DNA of 64,000 bases from Dicyema japonicum (GCA_011109175.1 RDEW01000002.1:1182676-1246675); one strand, 5' to 3'. Shown: positions 13,166 through 26,997, counted from the stretch's first letter. The notes: generated by a model from the sequence alone, not told the origin. Made by a program: numbers and translations.

Positions 13166-13859
13166 ATTGAGCGTTTTATTTAAAAAATAATAAAATTATA
13201 ATAAAATTATGTTATTTATTCCAAATATTATTGTGCACATTAATAAACTCACAAAATAAATAAAATTATTACTTAATGAAAATACTATAATTAAATATAC
13301 ATATGGAAATCACTCGTAGTTATTATTTAATAAAGGGTTAACAAAGGGGTTAATTAAAGGAGATGGTTAGTTGCCATAAGTCATACTACATTCTTGGACT
13401 CTTCCAGTATCAATCTCGGTCTTTTTACAAATCCTGAAGTTATATATACGTCTCTTTAACATGACTCTTCTTTATAAAACTAGTCATTTTGGTATGTGAA
13501 ACCGTTTCATTGCTGTTTTCTTGTGCTGAGCTCTTTATTCATCTTCTTTAGCGCAATCTTTATAAATGTTCTTGTCTTTTCTAATTGCGATATTATTTGG
13601 TTTTATAAGGGCAGCAGTACAGGACCCTCCATTCATTAACAACCGACGGTACAATAACCCACTTGAACAGGAAGAAGAATATTTTTTCCAATTTTCAACT
13701 TACTCATGCACAGAAGAGCTTGGACGGCCCTTTTCCTTCTAATAGCTACGTCTTCCATAAAGTTTTTTTTCTTTCAATTAACACTCCAAGATATTTTAAT
13801 TTAAGTACATCATTCATGTCCCTCAAGAGGCAGCCACATCGATTAAATCTTTGATAGTT

Positions 13860-14140
13860 AGAGATCCGAAGCGTTAGTTTTCTCAGCTGAGATGGTCAAA
13901 CCCGAAGTGACTTAGGGATGCAATGATGATCAATAACCACAACTTAACACCGCTTGCAAATCGGAGTAATTGAATACAATTATTACTAAGACCCATGGGG
14001 ATTATTTACGGATGAATCCTGCCGTTCCTGCTAACGGTATTGTGGAATCATGTTTCCTCTGCTCAGATGCTTTTAGAGGGAAGCCACGAACAACTTTGAC
14101 AGCCTCCAAAAAATCGCAATCTCGAAAAGGGGTGTCACAA
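13860..14140 (+). mobile_element. RTE-like LINE 3' fragment
   Basis: YLRMNPAVPAN...FRGKPRTTL resembles HVLRLDP...FRGRPRTTL of the element at 41896-43333. Confidence 0.55.
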
Positions 14141-14254
14141 TCTACGGGAAGAATAAAAATTCTTATTACAAATGTGCTTAATAATAAACTTTTAATTCAT
14201 AAAATTCTTAATTAAATTTTTGTTATTGAATTCAACATCTCTGACAAACAAATT

Positions 14255-15640
14255 AAACGTGGCGTCATGTGGTCTACCAGTCATAACGTTTCTGGAGGCG
14301 CTCAGGGTGCACCTAATGCACATAGGAAAAAGACCATTTGCTCACCCCCATTCGAAGTTGGTTCCTTCGTACGGCTTCCTTCAACTCTTCCCCATCAACT
14401 CTCAATGGGATCCTTCTACTACTCTCTGGCGACATCGAGCTCAACCCAGGTCCCCAACTTTCAATTCTGCAGATTAACATCAACGGAATAAAGAGAAAAA
14501 TTCTCGAATTACGATCCTTCACAAACAACCAAAACATTGACGTGATCTCGCTTCAAGAAAGCAAGTTGACTCAGTCCGCGACTACTCCTCATTTTCCAGG
14601 TTTCGACTGCATCCGCCTAGATCGCCCGAACCGCCTCGGTGGAGGCCTTCTTACCGTCATCAGAAAGAACCTTCGTTATTCTGACATATCCGCTGAACTT
14701 AAGTCGCTAACTAACGATGGGACCACGGAAATCTCCGGAATTTCAATATCAAACGGATCTAGTGCTCTCAAAATTGCTAACATATATGTCCCTATTCCGT
14801 CCTCTTGCCCGAAAGGATTCTTGTTGGACTTATCCAGACTAAACAACCTAGAAAACCTAATACTTTGTGGAGATTTTAATGCAAAGCACCCTGCCTGGTT
14901 GAAATCACAAACAACTGACTCAAGAGGACTATCCCTAATAAACCAACTCTCCTCCATGACAATCCTCAATAGCCCCACTATGCACACGAGAACTCCATTC
15001 AAGGAAGGTGATTCATCTACATCCCCCGACATCACTTTCTGTTCATCTACTCTTGGACCCAACATTTCATGGACAGTACATTACGGATTATCCTCCGATC
15101 ATAATCCAATAATCATTCGATTCAAAAAATTTCTATCATCCAAAAACAACTGTTTCTTTCTTCAACTACAAAAAAGCAAATTGGGACGGCTACTCAAAAC
15201 ATGTTGACCAAACTCTACTTTGAACATATTCCGTTCTATTGATGAGGCCGTCGACCATTTGAACAAAATAATTTTTGATGCTCGTAGTAGATTCATCCCT
15301 CGTGGAAGGTTCAAATACTACAACGAAATTTTGGATCAGAATACCAGATCACTAATCAGAGAAAGAAACCGCTTGAAAAGATACGTACCTCCCCTCCCGG
15401 GACAGAAATCCCAGACAAAGTCTCTCAATGATGAAATTTCAGGAAGGATCAGAAGGGCTGAAGCAAACAAGTGGGAAAAGCGAATCTGCTCTCTCCCATT
15501 TCATAAATCTGCCCAGATGGTCTGGAAGGCAATAAAAAGACTTGGCCCCAAAGAAAACTCCACCTGGAAACAAAAGACAGACCAACACAGCTTAAATAAA
15601 CTAATGAAGTATTATACCTGTATAAGTCACAAAACCTAGA
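14255..15640 (+). mobile_element. APE-type non-LTR retrotransposon (possibly Ingi/Vingi-like), 5' portion with 2A-like motif
   Basis: APE motifs QININGI, ISLQESKL, GGGLL, NIYVP, LCGDFNAKH, SPDITF, SSDHNPI, preceded by LLLLSGDIELNPGP. Confidence 0.9.
14431..14454 (+). other. 2A-like StopGo (ribosome skipping) motif DIELNPG|P
   Basis: Exact D(V/I)ExNPGP consensus with the upstream LLLLSG tract, directly before the APE domain. Confidence 0.85.
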
Positions 15641-17014
15641 CTTGATATCCTTATGGCTTTCTCAAAAATGAGCCTAAAATATCAAGAAAAACTTGAATAG
15701 CTCTTTTATTCTCACAAATTCTTAGCACAAAAATTCGGAACGAAAATTGGAACTAAAGCTTGAATAAAAAAGATATAATGCCACTTTTGATTATTGGGAA
15801 CACCTGCTGAAAGACTAAATTCGTGATAAAATGAAAACACTTTTAAATTGTTGGATTCAGTGGTTTTCGATGTATTTCAGTACTTGAGAGTGGAAAATTT
15901 CCCAGTTAGTGGTCCACTCATTGAAAATTTGTTAATCTCCATATTGACGCTTTGGTTAAACATTGCACATAGATTACGGTTAAAACTTTTAGGGCATATA
16001 TCGGTTGTTGAAAGACTTTAAAAAATGACACGAGTTCAAGTTTAAATGGCGAATCAAACAATAAAAGAAACCCTCAAACAAATTAATGATTTGGACGAGT
16101 CCATTTTAGATATTGTTCCGGATTCTCTGAGAGTTTACTCGTTTAGGTAAAAACTACAACTAAACCTAACAAAGAAATATATGGATTTGGGTGTAAAATC
16201 GAACATTTTTTGACAATATATCACAATAAATTTTGTCAAGTTTTTTTAAAGATTATTATTTAATAAAATTATGATTATTTATAAATTTTAAGTAAAACCC
16301 GAGGTCCGATTGTATCATCTGAGAGTGTCAGATATTTGGACAAATAATCCAAAATTTATATAAGAATGGTATTTTCATCGCCTAAAAGTCCCTCTCATTA
16401 TAAAACAAAAGTTTAATACTTTTGACGAGCATTTTACATGACAGTTAATCCTCTTCATTTTGCCCATCATGCCTTCTTTACAACCAGAATATGGACCACC
16501 TTTGTCCGGGCCCGCCTCCAAGTTCTGTATAACACCAAATTCACTTGATGGATTTCTGGGAGCGTCCACTCTTGGCTTTGACATTCTTGTTAGCCACAGG
16601 TTTCCTTCACTCAAAGAAACTAGGGTTAATAGATATTAAGTATGAGGAGAGTCTCTAAGTTGATGGGAGATTGCTAACAAGTCAGTATTATTTTTATGTG
16701 AAGTAAATTAACCCTTATAAGCTATCCACAACATCCATTAATACAAACATAAATGAATATTCAGCATTAATTCAATAAGCATCCTCATTAAAACATAATC
16801 AATTGATAGTCTAAACTTTTGTAAAGAAATCTAAACAAATATCCTATTTCATCCTCCAATGTGTTATCTACACTTGTATTAACAACAAATAGAATTACCA
16901 AGTTTGTTGTAACAAATATTTTAAAATAAACGCACAACGTAAATTTATAATTAAAATTAAATATATATTTTAATCATATTTTTTTAAATAATAATATTGT
17001 AAATTCAATAAACT

Positions 17015-20000
17015 ATGTCTCTTTGTGTTCCTTGCGGCCGATCTAGACCAAAACCATCAATAATATCAAAACCCCACTCCAAACTTAAGTTTGTTCCCCA
17101 TGAAATCCTCAAAATGAAAAACCTGTGGGAAATAAATTTGGAAGCAAATGAAATCTCACATATTCCAGAAGTATTATTATTAACAATTTAGTTACTTTTT
17201 CATAATCACCAAAAACTAAGCCGTCTCTTCCTTTCAGACAACCAACTTAAGGATTTACCAAAATCTGTGTGTCTTCTCACCCAGTTGACTGAATTGGATA
17301 TTTCAAATAATGGTTTTTGTTTGTCATAATTAAAGACTTCTCCGACCTTCCTCCCAGTTTTGGGAAGTGTTCTTCTCTGCAAGTTTTAAAATTATCGAAT
17401 AATCTGTTTGAAAGGTTATTTGTTGTGTTATTAAGATTTCCATTCTGTCTCACACAGCTCACTCAGTTAATCTCACTGGATTTGAGTTTCTGCAAAATTT
17501 ACCAAATTCCTGAACAAATTGGATTGTTTTGCTTACATTAACATTAACAGAATGACTTGTCTGGTTTCTCTGGAACTTAGAAATAATTTCATCACAACAA
17601 TTCCCGAGTCCATTGGCCTCCTCTCAAAATTAGAACTCTTAGACTGTTCATCCATGCCTTCTCTTACTGAAATTGTTGTGTTTGCTAAATATTTAAGAAC
17701 CCCGGAGTTTGTAACTGCAGTAGACTCCAAACTCTGTGGTTGGACAGATGCAGTCTCACTTGCTTACCTTCAGTATTATTCCCTTACTTTCTTAGACCAT
17801 TGGTCGTCTTAAAGAACTTCAAACGTTGGATCTCTCAGAAAACTACATAGAAAGGCTGCCAGATTCAGTTGGAGAGATAATAAGCTTGGTGGAGTTAAAT
17901 TTGAATTTAAATAAACTTTCATGTCTCCCTGATTCCATTGGTTATAGTAAATATCACATATAGGATTACTACCTAATCTAAGCGTCCTCAAACTTGACGA
18001 TAACAGTCTTCCATCACTCCCAGAGACAATTGGAGAGTATTTTATATATTACATTAAGATGTACTGAATTGGCAGAACTGTATGCCTCGAATAACCTAAT
18101 TAATGTATTTTAATAATTTATGCAGAAACTCCCCTGTTCATTGGGTTGTCTCAAAAAACTGAAAATTCTCAGTTTGGGGAGAAATATGCTGACTAATATA
18201 CCCCCCAGTGTTATGAATGCCTCTAATTTAATAATCATTAATTTGTGTGACAATAAAATAGAGAATATTCCAAAAAGTGTGGGGAATCTCACTAAACTCT
18301 CTGTATTGGATTTGTCTGGGAATAAGTATTATATTTATTAACATTAGACTCAAATATCTTCCCACTACTATTAACTACTGTCCACTAAAGTCTATTCGTG
18401 TCTCTGACTATCAGACTCGTTCTATGGTTTTACTACAGAGGGCAGTCAATGACCACACACAGGAAGATGTCCTCACCTGTATATACTTTCCACAACAAAA
18501 ATCGTTTGATGATGGTTTACTTTGCATTTACTTTTAGTTTCATCCCAAGTTATTGCAGAAAATGTAACACAGGTTGATGAATTTAGTAGTAATAAAGTCA
18601 AATCCACCGATTTTGTTATAAATGAAGTCAGTTTTATTGGTAATTTTAGACTGAGAAAATTCAAGTTAGTATTCGATGTGGACAAAACCAAGGTCCCGGA
18701 ATGTCTATTGGTGGGGGAATTGACTCAAATCCATATCAGAATGATGATAAGGTTGTTATTATTGTTACCCTTAAGGGTATATTTGTTGTTGATATATTGC
18801 CAAACTCTCCCTCTGAGAATGTATTGGAGGTGGGGGATAAGATAATTAAGGTCAATGGACGTTGTCTGGTTGGTATCACTCATGACCGGGCCGTCGATGT
18901 ATTTCGGTCGTGCAATGGGAACTATGATTTTGTTTTGGAGAGAAAGGTGTGTTATACCACCTCTGACTTGGGCTCTTTTGAGGATCGTGTTCAAAGAATA
19001 GTGAAAAACGCAGGTTTGGAATCAAAATATCCACTAAAAGTAATAAATGTTGTTTACTTTGGTGGTGGATTTGTTGTGTGATCAAAATGGTATTTTTGGA
19101 CTCAGAATTCACGGTGGATACAAATCCAATGCCATACCATTCTCTTTTACGGATGGTGGTCCTTTTATACTTGGTGCTCCTTCACAGAGTGAACTTAGAG
19201 TGGGGGACAGAATATTGACAGTATTGATATTACAACAGTTAGATTGACGGAAACAACATATGTGTAATGACTGCCTATCAAATCTCTGAGTATTTTCGAG
19301 GACGCAGGTCAGTTTGCCTTATAGTGAGTGAAGATCCCCTTCCATTAGGATATATGGTTTAATGTGTTGTTTATTAATATACAATAACGATCACAGTTGT
19401 ACGTAGTATTGGAATTACTGTTAGAAAGGGGGGAAGGGAGTTAAATGACCAGGGAATCTTTATTTCAAAAATATTTAAAAATGGGGCTGTGTATGGAAGG
19501 TTAAGGGAGGGAATGAGGATTATTTACATAAATGAGACATATTTGTTGGATATTAGTATTGAAGAGGCAGAAAGTATAATAAATGGATTATTGGGGGAAG
19601 TTACTATTTGTGTATGTGATCCTCCAAATGTTTTATTGTTTATTATATTTAGACTCATCTTTGTGTTAATAATTCACAACTTGAATATGCAAATATTTCC
19701 TGCACTTCTAAACCATTAACAAATAGTCCTTATCCTCGGGATAACTATTTGGATGCATTAACAAGCACTCACATTCATTCTCCTATTATAACCAAACAGT
19801 CACCTTACAGTGGTAACCTCTCACAAAAAATAAGCGCCTCATTTTCAACACAGACCCCCGATTTTGTAAATTCTACAGTCTCAACCGATCCTCTCTCTAA
19901 TTATACTATTAGATGTTCATCCTCAAAGGTTAAACATTATTGTGATGTTTGTAGGATAGTCTATCAAAACCTAGAAGATTGTTAAAGCCAAGTAGTAAGT

Positions 20001-20047
20001 CATTAGTAGATAATAAAATATCCAATAATCAAAGTAATCATGCTTAA
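17015..20047 (+). CDS. SCRIB: Scribble-like LAP protein (LRRs + 3 PDZ)
   Basis: MSLCVPCG N-terminus, multiple LRRs, LAP-specific LTCIYFPQQ, PDZ domains SIGGGIDSNPYQNDDK|GIFV, GLRIHGG..PF and GITVR..DQGIFISKI..GRLREGMRII..VTICVCD. Many micro-introns and some indels. Confidence 0.85.
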
Positions 20048-20499
20048 TATTGTTATTTATAATAAATATTCGTAATTTATTACAAGGAATTCATTTAAGT
20101 TTTTTATTCTATTGACTGTAAGCTAATATTCAATTCACTAAATATTAAACAAGGTAGATATTAATATCTTAACCAACTCCACTGGTAAAGATTACCTGAT
20201 AATGGAGTGATATTCGCGACGGTAGGATGTGTGATGAAAATGAAAGAGGCAGTACCTACTTCTTCACCTCTCTTCGGAAGATTAAACCTATAATGGACTA
20301 TTGGAGGATGGATTTGATCGGCACAAGCAGACATTCTCCTTTGAGTTCCTTACTTAAATTAATTAAACTCACTAATAAAATATGAGACCGATATAAATCC
20401 ATCATGCATGTGTGTGCTCTAATCCGGAGAAAATTTCTTAAAAAAAGTATGATTGAATTATTTTTTCAATGGAAATCACTGATTATTTAATAAAACAAC

Positions 20500-20690
20500 T
20501 AAAGTCCTTTAACTAAGAGGCCAGAATTTCATAAGAATTCCTCTGATCACTTCCATTTTTAGTCTCAGCCAAAGTTTTTTTTGAAGCGATTCTTCGTTCG
20601 ATATTAGAAATAAAGGTGTCCATCATTTCTCCCATGACCCCGGAAGTCTCCATTGCAATAGGTACGAAATTTGTCATTATCTGGGAATAA
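20500..20690 (-). mobile_element. CRE-like 3' fragment
   Basis: FVPIAMETSGVMG...IERRIA motif as in the other copies. Confidence 0.7.
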
Positions 20691-20899
20691 GAAGTGTTCA
20701 TATAAGGGACAGTTAAAATAACATGGGTTTTGCCTGGATTCTTCACGGGGTCATATTTCGAGCAGTCAATAAGCTGGATGTACGAAAGTCACCATCACTG
20801 GTCACAGTAATTTCATAATTCACCATTTAACTTCACATTGGTTGACTTATCTGAAACTAGAACATTCTAAGCATAAATAATCAATTGAATGTATTCGTA

Positions 20900-21212
20900 T
20901 GGTGGGTGCCACAGTGGTTTGGTGTCGGGCAAAGTCACGGGTTCGATTCTCGCTGCTGGTTACCTGATGGAAGGATCTACAATGCGGAAAGGGCTTGACG
21001 AGTGAGATTCACTGCGGAACTGGATAGTCAAAAGTGCATACATACAAGAAAAAGAAAAAACAAAAAAGTGAAGAGCATTTTTTGGTTCTCCCTCTACGAT
21101 TAGTTATAATAACTGTTCTTTACTTAAATAAAGTGTGTGTTCTGCACGAGCGAAACCCTAGGCATTTCACGTGCTTATAGCAACGCGGTAGTGCTTAATA
21201 ATAGTAATAATG
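20900..21212 (+). mobile_element. tRNA-derived SINE, family A
   Basis: A-box-like TGCCACAGTGG, B-box GGTTCGATTC; core GACGAGTG..CACTGCGGAAC and AACTGTTCTTTACTTAAATAAAGTGTGT shared with 32150 and 52513; (TAA)-rich tail. Confidence 0.8.
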
Positions 21213-21214
21213 TA

Positions 21215-22380
21215 TTCGTATCTTGACTGTGGGAAGTCGATTTTCTTCCCATAAACTTCGATTTAATAATATAGACAATTCGATGTACTTGCAGTAAGGA
21301 TGTATAATACGCTTTGGTTACTGGCCTCAAATCACCATTCAAGATTTTCCTGGGCTTAGCATTTTTTGTACAATGCTTCACTCCTTACACACATTGCCCA
21401 CTTTAGTCTTAAGATGGACCTACGTTGATTCTATGAAAGGTGTCGAACCTTTGTCAGTCAGTTTCCGAGATTTCCCATGTTACGGGATCGGTTCAGGAGA
21501 GCCTCATACCTCATACAACCTGAGGCATAGGATAAACGTCTTTGGATCTATCCTTTCATAACCTTTTGTATGGTAACAATTTAACAATTTCCTTTTCGTA
21601 ATATCTTCGGGTCCCCGAGATGAGAGCCGACCTTTAAGGTCTTCATCCGATATTCGGTACTGCGTGGTTCCACCGGATGATCTCGACAATATCTGTTTTC
21701 TACGTGTTCTTTGATAAAGATCATTTGGCCAGGCGGTCTGGTGCTATCTTCAGGAGACGTCGAAGTGCTTTTTTGCTACTTGAGAAAAAGTCAAGATCAT
21801 CGGTGTAAAAATTTATAATATCGTCGCTATAATATAGCAGATTCAAAGTATACAGCGAACAATATCGGGGAAGGGAGTCTCCTCGAGATGTAACCACTGT
21901 TGTCACAATTTCTCGCGACATACATTTTCTAATAGGAACTCACAAAATCCAGGAAACTTTCGAGCAATTCAATGAATTTTCCTCGAAATACAATATCGAA
22001 AGCTCTGGTGGGATCAATTCTAAGAATTGTCTTTTAACTATGAAATCTTTGCTGAATAGCACAATATCATTTATGGCACCATACTATATCAGGTGTTGGT
22101 CTCCCAGTCCCGAACCACTTTGTATTTGGGCCAAGTACCTGTCCACTAGCTCTTGGATCCGATTAAGTACGATCAGGGAAAGGATCTTCTGCTGGGTATT
22201 TATAAATATGACAGGTCTCAAGTTTTAGCCAGTCCGATGGGTTTATTTCCCTTATGGTCTGGTATTAGTACCCCTTTTTCAAGCTCTGCCAAGTCCTTGT
22301 TTGCTGTCATACAGCAATCTCGAGAGTTTCTTTGTAAGTACTGCTAAATTTTAAATTTTACATGTTGTCTAGGTCCCGGA
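21215..22380 (-). mobile_element. RTE-like LINE, degraded RT
   Basis: GVLIP..GNKPIG, KILSLIVLNRI, QSG, AFDIV, GDSL, YTDD; colinear with the RT at 41951. Confidence 0.75.
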
Positions 22381-22439
22381 AAGCAACCAAATTTGAGCTT
22401 CTTTATAACTATTCTTTAATTAATAAATTAATTTACCAC

Positions 22440-23849
22440 ATAAGTCGACCTTTTCGATTAAAAATTGACCTAAAAAATCGACCTCCAATTATACACCGAG
22501 TCATGAAATTCAACTTCGTATTCATCGCTTCAAATGTGATGGTAATTACTACACTTCACAAAAAATTCTTGCAAAGATCAACAATCTAATTATTGAAGAG
22601 AATGGTATAAAATGATAACTATGTTAGAAATTTACAATCATCCAAAGGATAGATGCGTATTCTGATGTAGTAATTTACAATCATCCAAAAAGATAGATGA
22701 GGATGGAATCAAGATCTGGATAGAAAAAGTATGGAACTCTCGACCTGGAGGAATGTTAAATAAGAAAAGTCTTTTCGTATAGTATTCTTTCAAAGCCTAT
22801 CTAGTGGACTCGTCAAAAAAATTAAATGCAACAACACTGATGTCGCCGTTATTCTTGGTGGACTAACAAGTGTTGTGTAGCCACTTGATGTTTCTTTGAA
22901 CAAGCCGTTCAAAGACAGATTGAGAGAAAATTGGAGTAATTGGATGATAGAAGGCGAGAAGCAGTTTACTAAAGGGTGAGCCATGAAAGCACCCTCGTTA
23001 GAAATAATAACAGGATGGATTAAACAGTTGTGGGATGACGTGTCGCTGTCTACTGTGGAACGCTCCTTTAAGAAATGCTGCATTTCCAACGCTCTCGATG
23101 GGACAGAAGCTTATCTGGGTAGAGGAAAAGGAAACTGAAAATAAAAAAACCAAAAAGATGCCCTTTATGACGACAAACTAAACAAAAATAAATGGAACGA
23201 GCTTTTTGGAAATAGTGACGACGAAGACGGATTTTGAACTTTATGTAATTATTATTAAAAAGCACTTCCGAGAAAACATAAAATTAGTTAAGTTTCCCTT
23301 GTGCCGTATTCCGAACCATCCTCTCCGTTAGCTTCAACCATGATCTCTGTTGCGCACTAGTTCTCTTAGGTATTCCAGGTCGTCTGCCATTTCCATTATA
23401 ATATCAGATGCTGTCCACACCCTTGTAACGTAGTGAATCAGGTCATGATGGACTGCAAATCCGAGACCATATTGTCGGCAGGCCAACGGAGGATAAAAAA
23501 GTGGAATTTTCCAAACAGTTCTGTACATTGTACGGTCGTTTTTGTCTCTTGTAAACAGCACACAGAGGCGTCATATTTAGTTAGATCGCATACCAGTTGG
23601 TGTTTCTTGTAAGGTCGATCAAGTCCTCTGCAATTGAAAGACTTTATAATTCTAATTTATTGTTTCTTAACTAAAAAAATTAACAATCAAATATCAGTTT
23701 CTATAACGAGTAGTATGGCTATTCATTTTCTTAACTAAAAATAAATCACTTTCTAAGAGTATTCATTGTTGTTAGTCTCTCTCGGCCTGTAATATAACAG
23801 GATTACAAAGTAATTAGTAGGGGGTCGACTTATACACCGCCAAATACGG
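22440..23849 (+). mobile_element. pogo-like (DDE_1) DNA transposon, decayed, with an inserted LINE APE fragment (~23270-23620, minus)
   Basis: MDEDGIKIWIEKVW, GGLTSVV*PLDVSLNKPFKD, RSFKKCCISNALDGTE; right TIR GGGGTCGACTTATACACCGCCAAATACGG followed by TA; partial left TIR ATAAGTCGACC. Confidence 0.85.
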
Positions 23850-23884
23850 TATTAACCCCATATACACCGAGAAATAAGTTAACA

Positions 23885-24160
23885 GTAAAAAATTAGTTAA
23901 ATGTATCCAATTTCCACTTTTCCATAAAGAGTCCATCCAGAATCAACATAAAAGGAAAAAGACGTCCATTATATGCAGTTGTGGAAACCCCTCCAGTGGA
24001 GTGGGGGAGAGCAAATGATCCTTTTTTATCAAGCCTGGCACTGGAAGCTACCTAGACAAATGGATCACATGATGCCACTCTAATACGAAGAGAAAGAGAA
24101 GGAACAGACGAAACAAACAAAAAAGTTTAACCGTTTACCCACGTGGCACCACTTGACGAA
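23885..24160 (-). mobile_element. Short non-coding interspersed element related to LINE 5' leader
   Basis: High similarity to 31140-31410 (GCAGTTGTGGAAACCCCTCCAGTGGAGTGGGGGAGAGCAAATGATC identical); related to 48950-49130 and 14259-14355. Confidence 0.8.
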
Positions 24161-24672
24161 AACAATTTTATTTATCGTTTTATCGCTATTGAGGTTAAAC
24201 TGAGATTGTGATTTATATTTTTCGTAAATTATTTTTTAATCATAAAAAGAGATTTAAAGAAATCAATATAAGTAAAATAATTTAAACAAAGATCTTTGTT
24301 GTTTTGTTTGATCCTCATTCTATTTGTGCAGTTACTGGCATATGATCTTTCAAGTTCTTTCAATTTGGGCAAGGCTGGATTCGAACCTGGATCCTACGTG
24401 TAACCGACACTTTTTTTGTTCAAAACTTCTAATTTCGATGTCTCCTGAGTTTGCCACTTCTTCCATACTTTCAAGAAGGGAGACAAGGATTTTCATCATC
24501 ATTGGGCTATGTAAACATTAGTGGAATAGAGGTATGTACCACCTTAACCCTCCGAGGGATTAACCACGTGGTTAAGTGTTAATAATGGTTGTAATTAGTG
24601 TATATTATGTATAAAGTAAAAAATAATAATTTAAGGGGGTGAGGATGAATAGATTTAAAATATAAAATACAC

Positions 24673-25759
24673 ATGGAGTGTTTGTGTGGCATTGATGTGG
24701 GAGGAACATTAACAAAGATTGTCTGTTTTGAGCCGGAATCACTATTAGGATTGGTAAAGGATATATTTAGTGAGAAAGGATTGGATGAAGGATTAGAAAT
24801 TAATGATATTACTATTAGTGGAGTAAAGGGAAGTCTACATTTCATTCGTTTCTCAACATGCCAACTTATTGATAATATTTATTTGATATCAAAACTAAAA
24901 CTTAAAACAGGATTATGCTGCACTGGTGGGGGAGCCTTTAAATTTGAGAATGACTTGAGAGCAATTGGTCCTCAATTTGATCGATTGGATGAACTGACAT
25001 CCGTTATTAAAGGTCTTCACTTTGTTAACGAAATATCCCCCAATCAGGAATGTTACTTTATCAACCAAGACTATAGTCGATGTCATGTACCCTTAGATAA
25101 CACAAGACCATATTTGGTGGTTAATGTGGGATCTGGTGTTAGTATTATGAGAGTTGACTCAAAAACTGACTTTAAGAGAGTCTATGGATCAGGGTACATA
25201 CATAATTAATATTTCAGATTAGGTGGGGGAACATTCCAGGGATTGTGTGCTCTTTTGATTGGTTGTTCCTCATATGATGATGCTATTGACCTTGCCTCCC
25301 GAGGAGATCACACAAATGTTGATAAATTGGTAAGAGATATTTATGGTGGTGACTATGATGAGTGGAATCTATCTGGTAGTCTGGTTGCTTCTAGGTGGTT
25401 ATTGTTGTATATTATAGTTTTGGTAATATGATTCATTCTGATAAAAGGGAATTGGCCTCCAAGGAAGACATTGCCCTGTCAGCTTTGTTTATGATTTGTA
25501 ATAATCTGGGATCTATTTCTCGACTATGTGCTATAAATCAGGTATTATCCTTTATTAGTTTAGGGAGTCGACAGAGTTGTGTTTGTGGGTAATTTTTTTC
25601 GTATTAATGAATTTGCATTACAACAAATATCACAGTCATTACTCTTTTGGTCAAACACATCTCTTAGAGCATTGTTCCTTAAACATGAAGTTGTTATAAT
25701 CATTACTTTAGGGATATTTCGGGGCTGTTGGGTGTATTATTCATTATATTTATTCTTAA
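24673..25759 (+). CDS. PANK: Type II pantothenate kinase
   Basis: [74 protein letters not shown]|GYFGAVG; four 22-24 nt introns. Confidence 0.95.
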
Positions 25760-26365
25760 TATTTTTAAATTCATTACATTCATATTTTATTTCTCCGCTC
25801 ATCCTTTAATATGCGGTAAGGAAATCTGCTCCCCACGGATGTAGGCAGTCTTCTCCTCAAGCGGGTGACTCATGTCAAACTGTCTTCGATTTCTGCAAGA
25901 CGACAAATATTATTGTCGGATCTCTGAAAACATGTGGGTTTGATAGCTACCTTCCTGTTAGCCACCGGTCTCTTTCACTTGAAGGCACCGGGGATAAATA
26001 AATTAAAGTCCAAATTGTTAAAATTAAGTAGCTTTAATGATTAAGAGCGTGTTGAATATATAAATGTGTAAAAAGTTAGTATGAAATTGAAAACACAAAA
26101 GGATTTTATTAATTGATGATTAGTAGTGGTTTGTGGATTTATTAATGTTAGGTTTTTTTGAAAATTAAATTTTTCAAATTATTATGCACATTTTCAACAA
26201 GAAAGTTAATCCATTGACGTCGCTTGCACCATAATTTTTCAGACGAGCTTTTTTATGATACTTCAGTAACAAAAACTGTTTTAACAAATTGTCATATATT
26301 AAAAATTAAAAAATATAAAATATGAACTTATAAAATTAATAAATATTTAAATTATTACTTGTGAT

Positions 26366-26997
26366 ATGGCACCATTAAATCCATTTTTAGATGGGAGTGA
26401 TGATGAAGAATATACATTTGGGAAGCCCAACAAAGCAATTGCTGCTTCTAAGCGATCTGAATTACTAAACGAAGCAAAGGATATCCACCAACGTAAACTT
26501 GAGTCTACCAAACGAACTTTAGAGTTGATTAATGATAGTGAACTCACAGGAATCACCACAGCTGAGGTATTATTACTATGTAATAGTATTAGCAACTTTA
26601 CCATCAGGGGGATCAACTCAGGAATATCGAGTCTAAGCTTGAGGATATGGATGATAATCTGAAAAGCTCACAAAAGAATATTGATGGAATGGGAAGTTTT
26701 TTCAAGAGTTTTTTCTCACCAAAAAAGTCAAAAATTCCTGTTAAAACAGTCGAAAAGACAAGTTCGGAGAAACATAAGCACGTGAGTAGTGAAGTCCCTT
26801 TGGAAGCAAAGCAGGATGTGGACTCGAATATTGATTTGATATCATTGGGAACAAGTAGACTGAAGGGATTGGCAATTTCTTTGAATAATGAGATTGATGA
26901 GCACAACAAACACCTTGATAAAATAAACTCACGTACTGCTATGGTTGATGATAAATTAATGTCACAACAAACACAAATTAAAAAATTAATGAAATGA
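26366..26997 (+). CDS. SNAP29: SNAP29 Qbc-SNARE
   Basis: N-terminal NPF motif; two SNARE motifs (GITTAE|QLYHQGDQL; RLKGLAISLNNEIDEHNKHLDKI); intron 26567-26592 (26 nt). Confidence 0.9.

Noticed and set aside
20900-20965. Functional tRNA genes at 20900, 32150, 43385 and 62133
   Set aside because: Only A/B boxes with no complete cloverleaf, and each continues into a shared repeat body.
21215-21300. GIY-YIG (Penelope) endonuclease from IVYIIK
   Set aside because: The region aligns with the RTE C-terminus (GRPRTT-like) and the upstream RT is RTE-type.
24560-24575. 16-bp palindrome TTAACCACGTGGTTAA upstream of PANK as an E-box
   Set aside because: The same CCACGTGG motif recurs at retroelement ends, so a regulatory role cannot be supported.
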